This document shows positions 21,869 to 33,822 of a stretch of 64,000 nucleotides of DNA, one piece after another. Each line of letters begins with the position of its first letter. The stretch's first letter is position 1. Made by a program: the position numbers and the translations under genes. Source of the DNA: Thraustochytrium aureum (lineage: Eukaryota); assembly GCA_012862495.1 (NCBI GenBank), contig BLSG01000260.1:20246-84245 (forward strand), written 5' to 3'. Below the pieces are notes generated by a model. The model did no database searches. It had not been told where the DNA came from and saw only the letters and a list, made by a program, of their open reading frames with translations.

Positions 21869-22750
21869 ATGGCGGACAACGGCGACGACCTGAACATCGA
21901 AGACGTCAAAGTCCACGAGGCTGCAGCTTCGGCGACCGCTGAGGCGGGACAAGACAGCCAAGCTGCCAATGTCGTCAGCGACGGGCAAGCCCAGGCGCCG
22001 CCCGAGCCGCTCCCGGAGTGGGCCAAGCTGCCCAAGGAGAAGGACGGGTGGTTCATGTCTCACGAGGCCATACGGCTCGACATGTCTGACTTTGTGCGAT
22101 GCTTGGACGCGTTGAGCGGCGATCGGGACACCGCCCCATGGATGGGCGAAAGCGTCGAGGTCTGGTTCAACAACTTTTACAAGTCCGTGCACGAGCACCA
22201 CGACCACGAGGAGGCGATCTTCTTTCCGGAAATGTCCAAGCGAGTCACCGTCCCGCCGAAAATGACAGCGGACCACAAGCAGCTGATGCAGGCGCTCGAC
22301 GACTGCAAGTCCAAGACGGCCGAGCTGTGCAAGCTCATGAAGGACGGCGCCAGCAAAGAGGCGGTGAAAGCCAGTGTCGAGGCGATCAAACTTGCGTTCA
22401 TCCCCATGCAAGAGTCCATGCGCGAGCACCTGCAAGAAGAAGAGGACATCGGCTTGCCCCTTTTCCGGGCCCACTTCACCATCAAGGACACCAAGAAACT
22501 AGAGGCGCGCATTATCAAGACCATGGACAACTTGTCGATGGGCTGGTTTTTGCGACCCCTGGATGATGCGTCCAAGATGGACTGGATGAAGAACGTGGCC
22601 GGGATGCCGTATCCCGTGAGGAACTGGCTGTTCTGGCCGCTGGTCAAGAAGGGCGGCAGGTACGATATGAAGTTCACGCAACCGCTCGAGGACGTCGTGA
22701 ACGGGACGCAGTCGCCCAAGCCCAAGCCCGCCAAGTGCGCGATTATGTAG
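21869..22750 (+). CDS. Hemerythrin-like (HHE cation-binding) protein with C-terminal CaaX
   Basis: H..IR, HEHHDHEEAIFFP, DH..L and HLQEEE..LP motifs; ends in CAIM; strong GC3 codon bias. Confidence 0.85.
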   Translation: MADNGDDLNIEDVKVHEAAASATAEAGQDSQAANVVSDGQAQAPPEPLPEWAKLPKEKDGWFMSHEAIRLDMSDFVRCLDALSGDRDTAPWMGESVEVWFNNFYKSVHEHHDHEEAIFFPEMSKRVTVPPKMTADHKQLMQALDDCKSKTAELCKLMKDGASKEAVKASVEAIKLAFIPMQESMREHLQEEEDIGLPLFRAHFTIKDTKKLEARIIKTMDNLSMGWFLRPLDDASKMDWMKNVAGMPYPVRNWLFWPLVKKGGRYDMKFTQPLEDVVNGTQSPKPKPAKCAIM

Positions 22751-22976
22751 AAGCCTGCGGGCGGCGGGAGATTGCGCAAGGAGACAAGTTAAAAGCACAA
22801 GCTGGTCACGTCGTGAGCGTCGCTGCTGGCAACTAGCGCAGGCCAGGCTGCGCCAGGCGCGCGATCGTGCACAAGCTCGCGGGTGTCGCGAGCTTGCAAC
22901 GGTTGAAGAGCAGACAAAAGTAGAGGAAAAACACAAACAAACTGGTCACGTCATAACCTTTGCAGCTGGCAACGAG

Positions 22977-23072
22977 CGCAAGCTGACGCCGCGCCCACAT
23001 CGCGTCGCGCAAGCTGACGCCGCGCCCACATCGCTTCGCGCAAGCTGACGCCGCGCCCACATCGCTTCGCGC
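22977..23072. repeat. 31-bp tandem repeat x3 between convergent genes
   Basis: gcgcaagctgacgccgcgcccacatcgc(g/t)tc occurs three times. Confidence 0.9.
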
Positions 23073-23104
23073 AGCCGGGCGCCGGCTGCTTGCCCAAGCA
23101 GGAG

Positions 23105-24120
23105 CTAGCTCGCCCGGATGAGCAGGTGATGAAGGACGAGGCCGAGGCCGAGGGCAATCGTGTTGGTTTGCGGCCGAATCACGCCTAGCGTGTTGAAAAC
23201 GCCTGGCTCCTTAAAGCGGTTCCACACGAAGACGACGTAGCCTCGAAATAGACCAAAGTCGGGGTCAAACCGCCGCTTGCCCGTAGAACGGTCGAACAGA
23301 ACTGCTTCAAAGTCGACCGGGTTGGCAGACACGATGCCGTGCACCCTGCTGAGCGGCGGCGCGAGGACCGCGGCGCTCGAAACCGCGAGCGGAGCGGCGA
23401 CCAAGAGCGTCACCAGGGGATTTTCCTTGCCAATTCGCGAAACGAGCTCCATGGTGTTTAGCAGGAGCACGTTGAAGTACACGAGCTGCGGCATGCTCGC
23501 TTGGGCGCCCTCGTACAGAGAGCCAATGCCATTGTAGCGAGCTTTTTGGAGGAGAAACCACGTTATTTCCGAGAACCGCGCCCCCTCCAGGGCTTGCTGC
23601 GTCTCCGCGAGGCGAAACGGGAACGCGTACAAGGTCACGCACACACCAGCTGCGAGGCTGCCGGCCAGCACGCGAACCATGTTGGAGGCCCCGCAGCCGC
23701 GGAGGAGGCCAAAGACGGCCAACTTGACGAACAGACGCGGGCAAAACAAAAGCATGCGCTCTCCGAGATACCGGAGAGTGGCAGGCTTGGTGAGCGAAGG
23801 CAGCACGTGGGGGCAGCTTGCATCATGGCTTGCGGGCTAAACAGCTTGCCTGCGCTCATGTGCTGGTATGCTGGCGACCGCAGAACGAATTCGAACGGAA
23901 ACACGGCGCAAAACCCAACCACCGCTGCTGCCGCAGCAATCACGATTGGCTTGGCCAGCGCTCCTGCCAACCCGCCGCCACCCGAGGCGCCGCCGCCTTT
24001 CGTCCCCTTGCTGGAGGCCTTGCTTGAAGCCGCGAGGCCCTCTTGGGCAGCAAGCGCCGCGACCAGCGCCACGGCCGCCGCCAGAGCCGCCGCGCGCCGC
24101 AGCCACGGCCTCGCCACCAT
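23105..24120 (-). CDS. Divergent mitochondrial-carrier-like membrane protein with hydrophobic N-terminal leader; frameshift near 23810
   Basis: Three hydrophobic helices end in degenerate Px[DE]xx[KR] motifs (FPFEFVLR, FPFRLAET, PPLSRVHG). GIGSLYEG and GLFRGY resemble the carrier second motif. Two ORFs join at a G5 run. Confidence 0.5.
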
Positions 24121-24796
24121 CTCTCAAGCGCGAGCTCGCCTTGGCCAGGTCTGCTGCTGGCTGAGGTCGCGGCGGTGATTGTGCAGGAATGACGCAAACC
24201 CGCCAGGCTTCGAGCGAAAAGCCTCCACTGCCGCGCTCCAAGCGCCGAAGAGGAGCGAGTACTGCGTCTATGGAGCTTCTCAATCGCCCTTGGCACGAGC
24301 TCTTTGAGCCAACAGGACAGCAGGACGCGTGGCCACCAAGTTCAAGTTGGTGGCGTACTTCCTTACTCGCTCACTTTTGCACCCGAGCAGGCGCTCCAAA
24401 TTGCACAAACGCAGCGACGAACTATGCAAAACGCAGCACTCGGCTCGAGCTCGATGATCAGATCTTCGCAGGCCATGCGAGCTGGCAACCACCTCGAGCA
24501 AGCTGGGCCGCGTCGACGCGTGATCGAGAGTACAAGCGCCGCTGGCCTGCGGGCGAGCATGGTGTTTTCATTGATTGGGAGGCCGCCCCGTCTGAACAAC
24601 TGGCGCAGCGCGCGTTTGTGCAGCGGGCCGGCTCGTAGTAGTAGTCCGATCTGCTGCTGGCGGCGCATGCCTGACATGAGCTAGATGCGTAAAAGCTGCC
24701 CTGCGGCGCAGAGTACCACGTGATCGAGGTCGCAAGACTCGCCAAGTTGGTTTTTGATCAATCAACACAGGCCTGGGCTTCATCAATCTATAGATT

Positions 24797-26742
24797 CTAC
24801 ACCATCTTGGAAACAGGGCCGCCGCTGTGCGCCGGGTTCGGCACGCCGACCTGGTAGTCCTTTTCCTCACGCGGGCGGCACAAGCAGAAGAAGATTGTGC
24901 TGAGCAGCGCGCCAAAGAGGATGCCACCAACACCGACGCCAGCAACAACGGGGACCGGAACGGTCTTGCGGCTGCTCTTGACAGTCGGGGCCGCACTAGG
25001 GGCAGTCGTCACCTCTGGGGTCGGGGCAGCCGTGATTTCAGGGGCCACCGCACGGCTGTCAAAGCTAAAGCGGAAGGTCATGACGTCGCTCGAGTTGGAA
25101 AACTCGGACAGCGAAATGCCTGAGGCCATGCCGAGCTTGCTGTAAAGGTTGATGTTGACCGGGAGCTCGTCCGTCAAGCTGACGTCGTTGTAGGGAAACC
25201 ACATGCCCGCAGGGTCTCCAAGGCGCACGCCCGGGAACTTGGCGACCCACTCTTCCAAGTTGTACTCAAAGTCGGGCTGGATGAGGCGCACGGCCGGGTG
25301 GTTGGTCGCCCACGATTCCGGGACGCTCACGTTGAACTCCTGGGTGTTGCTAGTGGTCGCGAACTTGGTCTCGTCAACATGCCAGACGAGGATGCCACCT
25401 CGGTGGAGCGCATCGGTGCTTCGGTTTTGGCGGTTCTCAATCACGTAGTACTCGGATTGCGAAAGCTCGATCGTGTACGCGGTGGCGCTCTCGTGAATGT
25501 CCTCGAGCGGGAAGACGGCGCTGTAGCTCACCGGCCCAATCGGGAGGTCGGCACGCTTGAGGAGGTCCTGCGTCGAGATCCAGCCAAGCAGGTTCTTCGA
25601 GGGCGCGCTGAGCGAGGGGGGGTAGTATTGCGAGCCTCCAGGCCCCACGAGTTGGCCATGAGGCCATACGGTCCGATGCCGTAGCTCGAATAGTCGGTGT
25701 CGTAGTGGTCGAGGAGGCCAAGGAAGTGACCCATCTCGTGCACAATCACACCGATGTGCGTGATGATGACATCCTCGTTGGTGGACGTGTCGTTGCCAAC
25801 ATGCCACAGCCCTGGGTTGATGTTGTAGTTTGAGAGCTTGACGCCAGACAGCGGCATCACAATTGGCAAGCCTTCGAACTCGTCGAGCACGTACTTGTGG
25901 CTCCAGATCCAGAACTCGCCGACGCCTTCGCCACCGGTGTGCTCGGCGCCCTTGCCCGAGTGGACAACCGTGAGCATGTCAACGAAGCCATCCTTGTCCT
26001 CGTCAAAGAGTGCGAAAGCCTCGGCGCCGATGTTGGATTCGTACTTCTTCAGGGCCTCGATGATGGCAATGCGGAGCTTCTCGCCGGCGCCGCACGCACC
26101 GTTGCAGCATCCGTCCTCGAAGCAGGGGCCAGCGGCCTGAGCCTCGGTGTAGTCGACATCAATCCAGTCCGAGAGGACATTGTTGATGTCGAGGAGGTCG
26201 TGCGAGTTCTTCTTGTAAAAGGTCTTGACGGTCTCGGTCGGGGCGAGGACGGGGTCCGGGCTCTGGTTGTTGAACAGAACCTCAAAGTCGGAAAGCGAGG
26301 GCACGGTAGTGTCGTTGTGGTTGCTCCACCGGACCATGAGGACGAGGTTGCGCAGCGACTGGGTCGTCTGCGAGGCCAGCCTGCGTCCCGATTTGGCCTG
26401 CTTGGCAGCGAAAGTCTCCGGCCCGCCGGTGAGCGACTCGTCGTCCGGAAGGCGCTGCGAGGGGCGGGCAGGGGTGCCACGGCTGGGGCGGCGCTGGGCG
26501 CATGTCACCGACTCGCTGGAAACACGGTTGCCCTCCAGGATGAAATGCATCTTGCCATTGGCCTTGGCGAACGCGAGGTTGTCGGGGCCCAAAAAGTAGT
26601 GGTTGAACGCGTTGCCCACGGCGGTGAACTTTTCCGCGCAGCCGCCTTCGAGCTCAACGAGGAACGACTGCGGGTTGGCCATCATGCCGACCGAGGAGGC
26701 CAACATGGCGCTCCCGGCCACGAGGGAGAGAGCGAGCTTCAT
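24797..26742 (-). CDS. M6 family (immune inhibitor A-like) metalloprotease with signal peptide and C-terminal TM; frameshift near 25643
   Basis: FDEDKDGFVD..VVHSGKGAE, IWSH, HEMGHFLGLLDHYD, Met-turn GLMANSWG, EYYVIENRQ, GGILVWHVDE, and TM VVAGVGVGGILFGALLSTIFFCLC. Confidence 0.9.
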
Positions 26743-28095
26743 CTTGTTTACTGCTCTTGTTTGGCTGCGAGATGGTTTGCTTTCCCTGTCGCTTGGTATT
26801 CCTGGCGTTGCGGGTTTGCCACTGGCGAGACGGCGGGTGGCTGTGGCTGTCGAGACGGCGAGTTGCTGTGGTTGTTGCTTTTTGTGTTTTTATCAGCAGT
26901 TCTGGGCGTTTGGTTCGCCTGCTTCCGAGTAGCGCGTTTCGTCACAACGTTGCGAGAAGGCTGCGCTTGGGATCGCCCCTCCCGTCTTTTTGCGTCGCGT
27001 AGAGTAGCAGCCGCCCAAATGGAGTACATCAACGTTTGTGCTTTCCTAGTCGAGCCAAACGCGTGAGAGCTGCCGAAAGAGTACCTGCCTCTCGCACTGG
27101 GTCGAAGAGCCACAAATCGCCCCAGTCCGAGCGAGCTCGACCCATACCGGCGCTCGACTCGCGCGCAAGGGGCGATTTGTGTCCCAACAGCTATTTCTTG
27201 TGCTCGCACCACGACGCCTCCTGCAGCAACCTGCAGTGCCTGCCAGCTTTCGGCTTCCAAGCAAATCTAGTACCTCCTCGAGGACATGTAGGTACATTCA
27301 CCACAGTCATCTCATTGGATTGCCCCCCTGGCTGATCGCATGTCGAGCAGCACGAGCAGGGCTCGGATAAGGAAGGTCAGCAAGTACTCCAGAGTACGGT
27401 ACAGCATCGTGGCTGCAGCTGCAGTCGTCCTTGGCTTTCTGCTCGCGCCTCCTCGACCGAACAAATCAACTCGCTTGCGCGCCAACGCATTCTCGACAAA
27501 CCCATGGTCACAAAACAGCTCCGGGTTGCTGCAGGCCGCGCACCGAACAATGTCGGGACGCAGCGAGGCGACTCGGGAAGCGCATCTCAGGTTGGTGGAC
27601 ACTGGCATGTGCGGCTGCTCGCTGCCAACTTTGTGACCGCCGAGTGACAAAAACCTCGCGCGTCGTTCGGCGTTGCGCGCGGTCCCCCCGCTCTGGCCTG
27701 GTGTCGCAGCCACGCTGCGTGCTAGGGCACAAACGAAGTCACGGCAAGGGTAAGTACTCACTGCGAGAAACGAGTATTGCAGTCGCATGTGTGCTGGTCA
27801 AGAGTGAGTACTCATGTAGGTACTGGCGCTTCGCCGGACTCGCGTGGCCTGGGTTTGTTGTCGTCGTCGCGCCGCAGACCTGCTGCAGCCAGATCGACCG
27901 ACGACAGCGCCTTTGCGTGGGCAGGCACGCGTGCGCTTCCGCAGGCTCTGGCCGCCGCGAGTCGCTCGAAACGCCACAAATCCCACACGCCAGCGTCTTC
28001 AAGAAAAGCGATTCGGGGAGTGGTACAGTGAGAAGATCTAGTAGCTAGAGTAGGCGTACCTGAAGTTTACGGCAACGTCTTGAGATCAAGATCAA

Positions 28096-31000
28096 TCATG
28101 CTTCATGCGACACGGGGCTCCGAACTTGAAGGCCACCGGCGCTGCGCATGAGCCGCGCCTCGAAGGACTGCAGGAAGTTGAGCTTTAGCGGCGAACACGG
28201 CTCGTGCGGGTTGCGTCGCGAAGTGGCCGCTCCACTTGCTGCTACTGCAGCTGCTGCACAGTCGCTGCCTGTGCTCGGTGGCGCGGCCCGCCGCGACTCC
28301 GCAGTCGTGTCAGCGCTGGCCGCTGCGCGCTGCTCGAGCTCGTCGAGGCGGGCTGCAAGCGCGGAAAGGCGGAGCTGGACCGCTTGCTGCGCCTCCTCGG
28401 CGCTCGCAGCCGTCGCTGCGAGACGCTCTCGGAGCAAGACGTGAGCCTCCTCGCTCCGCTCCTGGAGCTTGCAAATTAACGCCTGCTGCGATCGCGCCAA
28501 CTCGTCGCGCGCGGCGTCCTGGCGGCCTCGCGTGTCCAACGCTATGTGCATCGCGCGAACTGCCGCCGATGCCTCCGCTTGAAGACGCTCGTATTCTGCT
28601 CTCTCGGACTGCCGCAACGCCTCGAGCTCGAGCAATCGCGCGGCTAGCGCTTTCGCTTCTGCCTCAGCATGTTCCTTGGCAGCGCACTGCTCGGCGAGGC
28701 GTGCATCGACCGTCAGCAGCTGGGAGGCAGCATCTTCGCTCGCGGCGATGCGCTGTTCAGCAACATCGGCCCGGTCCTCTGCGCGGCGAAGCAAAGCCTT
28801 GAGGTCCTGCACTTGCTCCTCTAGTTCTGCCCGAGCGCCTGCCGCGTCGGCTTGCTTTCGCGCCGCTTGGTCAAGCTGTGAGGCTTTATCATGCTCCAGC
28901 TCGACGATGCGCCGCGTCGAGGCAAGAAGCTCGGCGGCCAGGCCGCTCCGAGCGGCGCCGGATTCGTCTACGACTGCCTCTAGCTGCGTAAGCCGGGATT
29001 CGAGCTCAGCGAGCTCGGCGCCCGATTTCCCGGGGCTGCTCTGCCGATGTTGCGCTTCGCCGTTACCTTCGTGCCTTGCTGAAAGTCGGAGCGCTTCAGC
29101 TGCCGCTGTCGCCGCCGCGCAACGGCCTTGCAAGGCCAACACCCTATCTTCAAGGACGGAAATGCGGGCCTCGCTCATTCGGTATCGCTCCTGTGCGGCC
29201 AAGGTGCTCGCCTCACTCTTTGACGCGGCGGCCTGCGCTGCGACAGCTCGCGCTCCAGACCAGCCGCGCCTGTGCGAGCTAGCTGAGCTTGCTCTTCATT
29301 CGTAGCTTGCGCGGCTCTCAAGGCAGCCTCCAGGGCCTGCCTGTCGCGCTCGCTTCTTTCTGCGCCCTCTTGCGCACGCAAGAGATCTGCCGTGCAAACT
29401 TCCAGCTTGCGTTCAAGTGCTTTCAAAGCGGCCCTCGCGGACTCGGCCTGCTCGCCCAGGGCGGCTCGCGCCGCTTCGGAAGAGTCCTCAAGCTGCCTAC
29501 GAGCGAGCTCACTGGCCTTTGCGCGCTCCTCCGCGAGCAAGAGCTTCTCGGCGCATGCTGCAAGCTCACGCTCAAGGGAGCGCGCCTCGCCGTCCACGGC
29601 AGACTGGTGCGCCGCGTCCCGCGCCGTGGCATTCGCGAGGCGTGCTTCAAGAGTGGCGAGGAGCTTTTCGTCCTTTGTGCGAGCCTCTTCCAGTTGAAAG
29701 ATCTGCGCGTCCCGATCGACTACAGCCATCATAACCGCACGCCTCACGCCGTCCGCATGGAGCGCCTTTTCGCTTTGGCTGCTTCTGCAGCGCGTAGCGC
29801 TGCTTCTAGTTGCTTCTCAAGTCGGGCGATGATGGCCCCTTGGCCCGCCTCACGCTCCTGGTGCAGTTCGCGTGTTGGGCCTGTGATGGCCGATGATTCG
29901 CTCGGGCGTTGGAGAGCCTCTTGGCCCAGAGCGGCACTTCGGCGTGAAAGCTCAGCCAGGACCAATGCCAGCCTCGCGGAATGCAGTTCATTGTGCAACT
30001 TGTCTGCATCGGCAGCCGGTCGTGACCCACGCTTTTGCGCGAACGTCTCGATCGCGCTTGGACCAGCTTCCAGCTGCTCGCAGAGGCGCATGAGCAAATC
30101 GTCCCGAGTTGCTTGCTCCTCGCGCAGCTCGTCCAGCGCCCCCAGCTGCGCCGCATTCTCGGCTGCGAGTTGCCGAATCGCGTCCGATTTCTCGAGTGTC
30201 TCTTTGGCGAGCCGGCGAATCATGCGGGCCTTGGCTTCGTTGTCGCGCCGCAGCCGCACCACCTCGCCCTCTTGCTCACTGATGAGATCACTGATAGCCA
30301 CTCTACGAATGTTGAGTGCTCGCACTGGCGCTTCGTCGCCATCTCGTTGTGCATGCGGCTCGCGCGGATCGCGATGCCGAGGCGTGCGAGGCGAAGCGCT
30401 CTTCGCACGGGAATCTCCCGAAGGCTGGGCCTGCGCGCAAAACTCGAGTGTCGACAAGGTCTGCTTCGAGTCGCACAAGTCGGTGCTTATTGTAGCGAGC
30501 AACGCCATCCGGCACGGTCGCAGCAAGACCGGGCGAAGAACGTTTGTCAGCCGTGCGTCGCGAAACGGAATGTGGGCAGCTGCCCCGGCCCGCTGGGTGC
30601 CCAAGAGTCCAGCGATTACCTTACTCAGAGCCAGGACGGATTTGTTGCAAAATCTCGCCTGCCCTATGCAAGCGGCGCCCTCGGTGCTTTCTGCGAGGTC
30701 CACCATCGCGATAGCTCGAAGGTCGTTTGGGAGCGCGGACCGAAGTACAAGCACCAAATGCGACAGCGGCACTTGCAGCTTGCTCCCCGAAAGCCTTGCG
30801 CGGCGCCGCTCGGAGGCGCCGGCCCGGAACGTTTCGACGGCCTCCGGCGCGGTTCTCGCGAGGAAACAGGATGGCGCGGCTTTTCGCCTTGAGCCCGTCT
30901 GCTTTTCGAGCAGATCTCCGATTTGCTCATTGTGGATCTCAAATACGGACATGATCATGCCAGCGGGGGAGTGACGTCCCTCGCGACTTGGGCCCCCAGA

Positions 31001-31423
31001 CGCGCAAATGGGTTCTGATGGTACGCTCTCCGGTCTGTGTCCGCAAAACCCCTCAAACGCGTACTGAACCAGTCTCGGGGCGAGCCCAAGCCCAGCGGGA
31101 TTGGGATTGCCTTCCACCAAAGCTTGCTTGCCCGTACCAGCCTGGCCAAAGGTCAGCACGGCCCCGTTCACACCGTCATGGATGCATGCGTCGAGAACAG
31201 GCTTGCAGACGGCGTCAAAGATCGCGCCGTGACCGACTGCGCTGTTCAAGATGCTGTCCACTCGAAAGCACCTCGACCCGGTTTGCAGCGTCCCGAGCCT
31301 CTCGTCGACATCTACGCAGGGAAACTCGTCCGAGTTGCTCTTCCCTTCCTCTTCAACGCCTTCGGCGCCTGTGTCAGTTTGCCTTGAGGCGACAGCTCGC
31401 ACAAACACGGTCGTTTTGAGCAT
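28096..31423 (-). CDS. Kinesin-like protein with degenerate motor and long coiled-coil tail; frameshifts near 29745 and 29190
   Basis: NGAVLTFGQAGTGKQ, EIHNEQIGDLL, MVDLAES, NKSVLALSKVI, HIPFRDARLT and TLSTLEF. Downstream ORFs 29175-29747 and 28096-29202 are heptad-rich. Confidence 0.8.
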
Positions 31424-32137
31424 CGCAGGTTGCCAATCGCAGTCCTGCTGCAGCGAAAAAAACAAACCCAGATCCGTTCAACCTTGCGTCTCCTGCTCGC
31501 CGTGCTCGGCCCGGCCCGGGGCCACCAAAGCCCTGAATCCCGGCGTCCCCGCGGCTACGCTTTCGTCCACACGGATTCCTGCGTGAGATGCGCGTTGTCG
31601 CCTCTTTAGTGGTCGGCCCCGCCCGCTCGAAACAGCTGCTCGGCAAGGCGGCGCAGTACGCCGCAGCTCTTTTGTACAAGCAGCGCGCAGTCAAAAGCTC
31701 GCTGCGCGAGTCGGGTTTCGCGCGTCTGCTGGGCAAGCCTTGCGCCGTCGGCCGCCAATTCGGCCAAGCCAAATCGTCGCCAAAGTGTCCGTTCACGAAA
31801 TAGAGGGGGGGAAGCCGCTGCCCCGCATTCGCACAGCAACCTCCTTGCGAGTCTTTCGACGGAGTACCTACCAACGCAAGGGCGTCTCGATTGGCCAGGG
31901 CGCAAGGGGATGGGGGTGGGAAAAGTCCGTGCTTTGTTTCGCTGCTCCAGAAGGATTAGCAACGCAACTACCTTCCGCTCCAACAGGCTGCGCGCTCGGC
32001 ATCGCGCCAGATTTAAGCAGAGCATCGCTTAACTCGTCCCAGCTCGGCAACTCCGGACACCACTTGCTGTCGAAGAGGCCAAGAAGCAGGCCAATGAACG
32101 ATAGCCAACGCAGCAAGCTCGTGCCCCATGGAGCCTG

Positions 32138-33822
32138 CTATGGACTACGACGCGACGCCGGGCGTCGCCCTCGGCGCCGAACCGGACGCATCGCCGCGAC
32201 GGGCGTGTCGAGCGGCTGTAAAAGTGGGCTGTTCTTGTCCTGCACATGCTGCGCCCGGCGCTCGTCGGGGTCCCCAAACTGGAGCGCGCATTCGTTGCCC
32301 ATGGCCATCGAGGCAGAGCCCCAATAGTCGACCAGCACGCTCCTCCGCTCGCAAGCGTCCAGAGGCAAAGCCGACACAGTTGCCGCCAAGTCAGGCAAAG
32401 TATGCGACAGCGAGACCCGCAGAGTCGAAATGGTCTTTGAAAAGGTCGAGAACCCGCTGCCAACAAACCGCGCTGCGCGAGCACAAACGAGCTGCTCCAC
32501 GAGCCCGAACATGTCGAAACGCATCTTTTCAGAGCGAATCGCTCTGCGCAGGCGCTCGAGCCACGGGCGCACCTTGTCTGAGGAGGCCACATCGTCGTGC
32601 AGGACAACGCGCGGGAAGGCCTCCAGCAACGGTCTGAGGTACGGGTGGTTGCGACGTCCGTCTGTAGCAAGGTACAAGGGCTCCGACGGGTCCAAGCCGA
32701 GTTGCTGCGCTTTCAGAACGAAAACGTCGGCGGCGACCCCCTTGAGGTGCTTTCGTGTGAACTGGTACTTGTCTCCGAGTCGAACGTGCATTGCAGAAAA
32801 GTGCGCGCTCCCGATAGCCTCTTCGGCGATGAGGCGCGACAGCGACTCGAGCGCGCTCGAATATCGCACCGTGCGGCGAAATTGCCAGGTTTCTCGCATC
32901 CAGCGCCTGGTGAAGAACCGCCCATACAGAAACATCAAGGGGCTGGCGCTGCGCTTGACACGGTTGAGCACAAACTTGTGGTACGAGGCGTTGCCTTTCG
33001 TGAGACCGCCTCCGTCCAGCTCGAGGAGCTCCAGTTTACTCGAGTTGCGCCAGTTCGGCCCAGCGACGTCCTCAACAAAGGCGGATAGAGGCTTGTCGAG
33101 CACGACAAAGCGGACTCCGGTCTGCTCCTCCAGGTACAGCATGTCCAGAGCATAGTCCATCGGCACCATGTCGTCCATACCAAGCCCCATGTACCTGTGA
33201 AAGAAGTTGACGTGCATTCCGTTTGGAGGTACGACAAGCGTGCGCTGCGTGGTCTTGGCCATGTACATTCCTGCCAAGAGGCACATAAGTTGGTTGTTGA
33301 AACCCCCGGAGGGCGTGTACAAGAGGTATTTGTGTTGGGCGCAGTTCACCTCGTTGTAAGCACGCGACTTTTGCGCGCTCACTGCAAGGAGGTTGTCCCA
33401 CGGCAGCTGCGTCTCGCCCTCGGCGATCGGTGCAGAGGCGGCGGCCCCATCGGCTGCATCAGGACGCGCATCGCCGACTGCCTCCCTGTAGCCCTCGTCC
33501 TCGGCTTGGGTGCGCGCAAGTGACTCATCTCCTTCGGCCATTTTAAGATACGGATCCTCCCCATCGTCGGCGTGCCCGAGTTCATCGGCCGGTGCATCCT
33601 CGTCGCCAGGATCGTCAATGGCGCCAGGTGTTCGTTCCTCTTCTGCTTCGTCGCTCGAGCTCCGAGCGCCTTCCCGCAGTTCGGCCTCGGAAGGCGCGCC
33701 GTGGGTCGAGAGCTCGTCGTCGCGGCTCTGCTGCCGCCTTGCGCCCTCGAGAGCTGCGTCCGCGTCCGCATCGTTGGGCCATTCAGCTGGGCCGTCGTCA
33801 CCAGCCCCGACAAGGTCGTACG
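32138..33822 (-). CDS. GDP-fucose O-fucosyltransferase family protein; 5' end in gap, 3' end uncertain
   Basis: GGFNNQL..AKTTQRTLVVP, AMHVRLGD, LYLATD and EQLVCARAARFVGS..STFS, with an acidic stem upstream. Confidence 0.85.

Noticed and set aside
22977..23072. 31-bp repeats of CRISPR-repeat length
   Set aside because: Head-to-tail copies with no spacers.
23800..25650. Frameshifts in the carrier and M6 genes (also kinesin, RhoGEF, HNH and the giant receptor) as programmed frameshifting or pseudogenes
   Set aside because: They are scattered over unrelated, otherwise intact genes, several at homopolymer runs, in a gap-rich draft. Sequencing indels are the simpler explanation.
26900..28090. Short ORFs between the M6 protease and the kinesin
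   Set aside because: No recognisable motif, and I could not build a consistent splice model.
29289..30974. Long antisense ORFs (here and at 1608-2681, 43455-44978)
   Set aside because: Shadow frames of real genes, expected in high-GC sequence.
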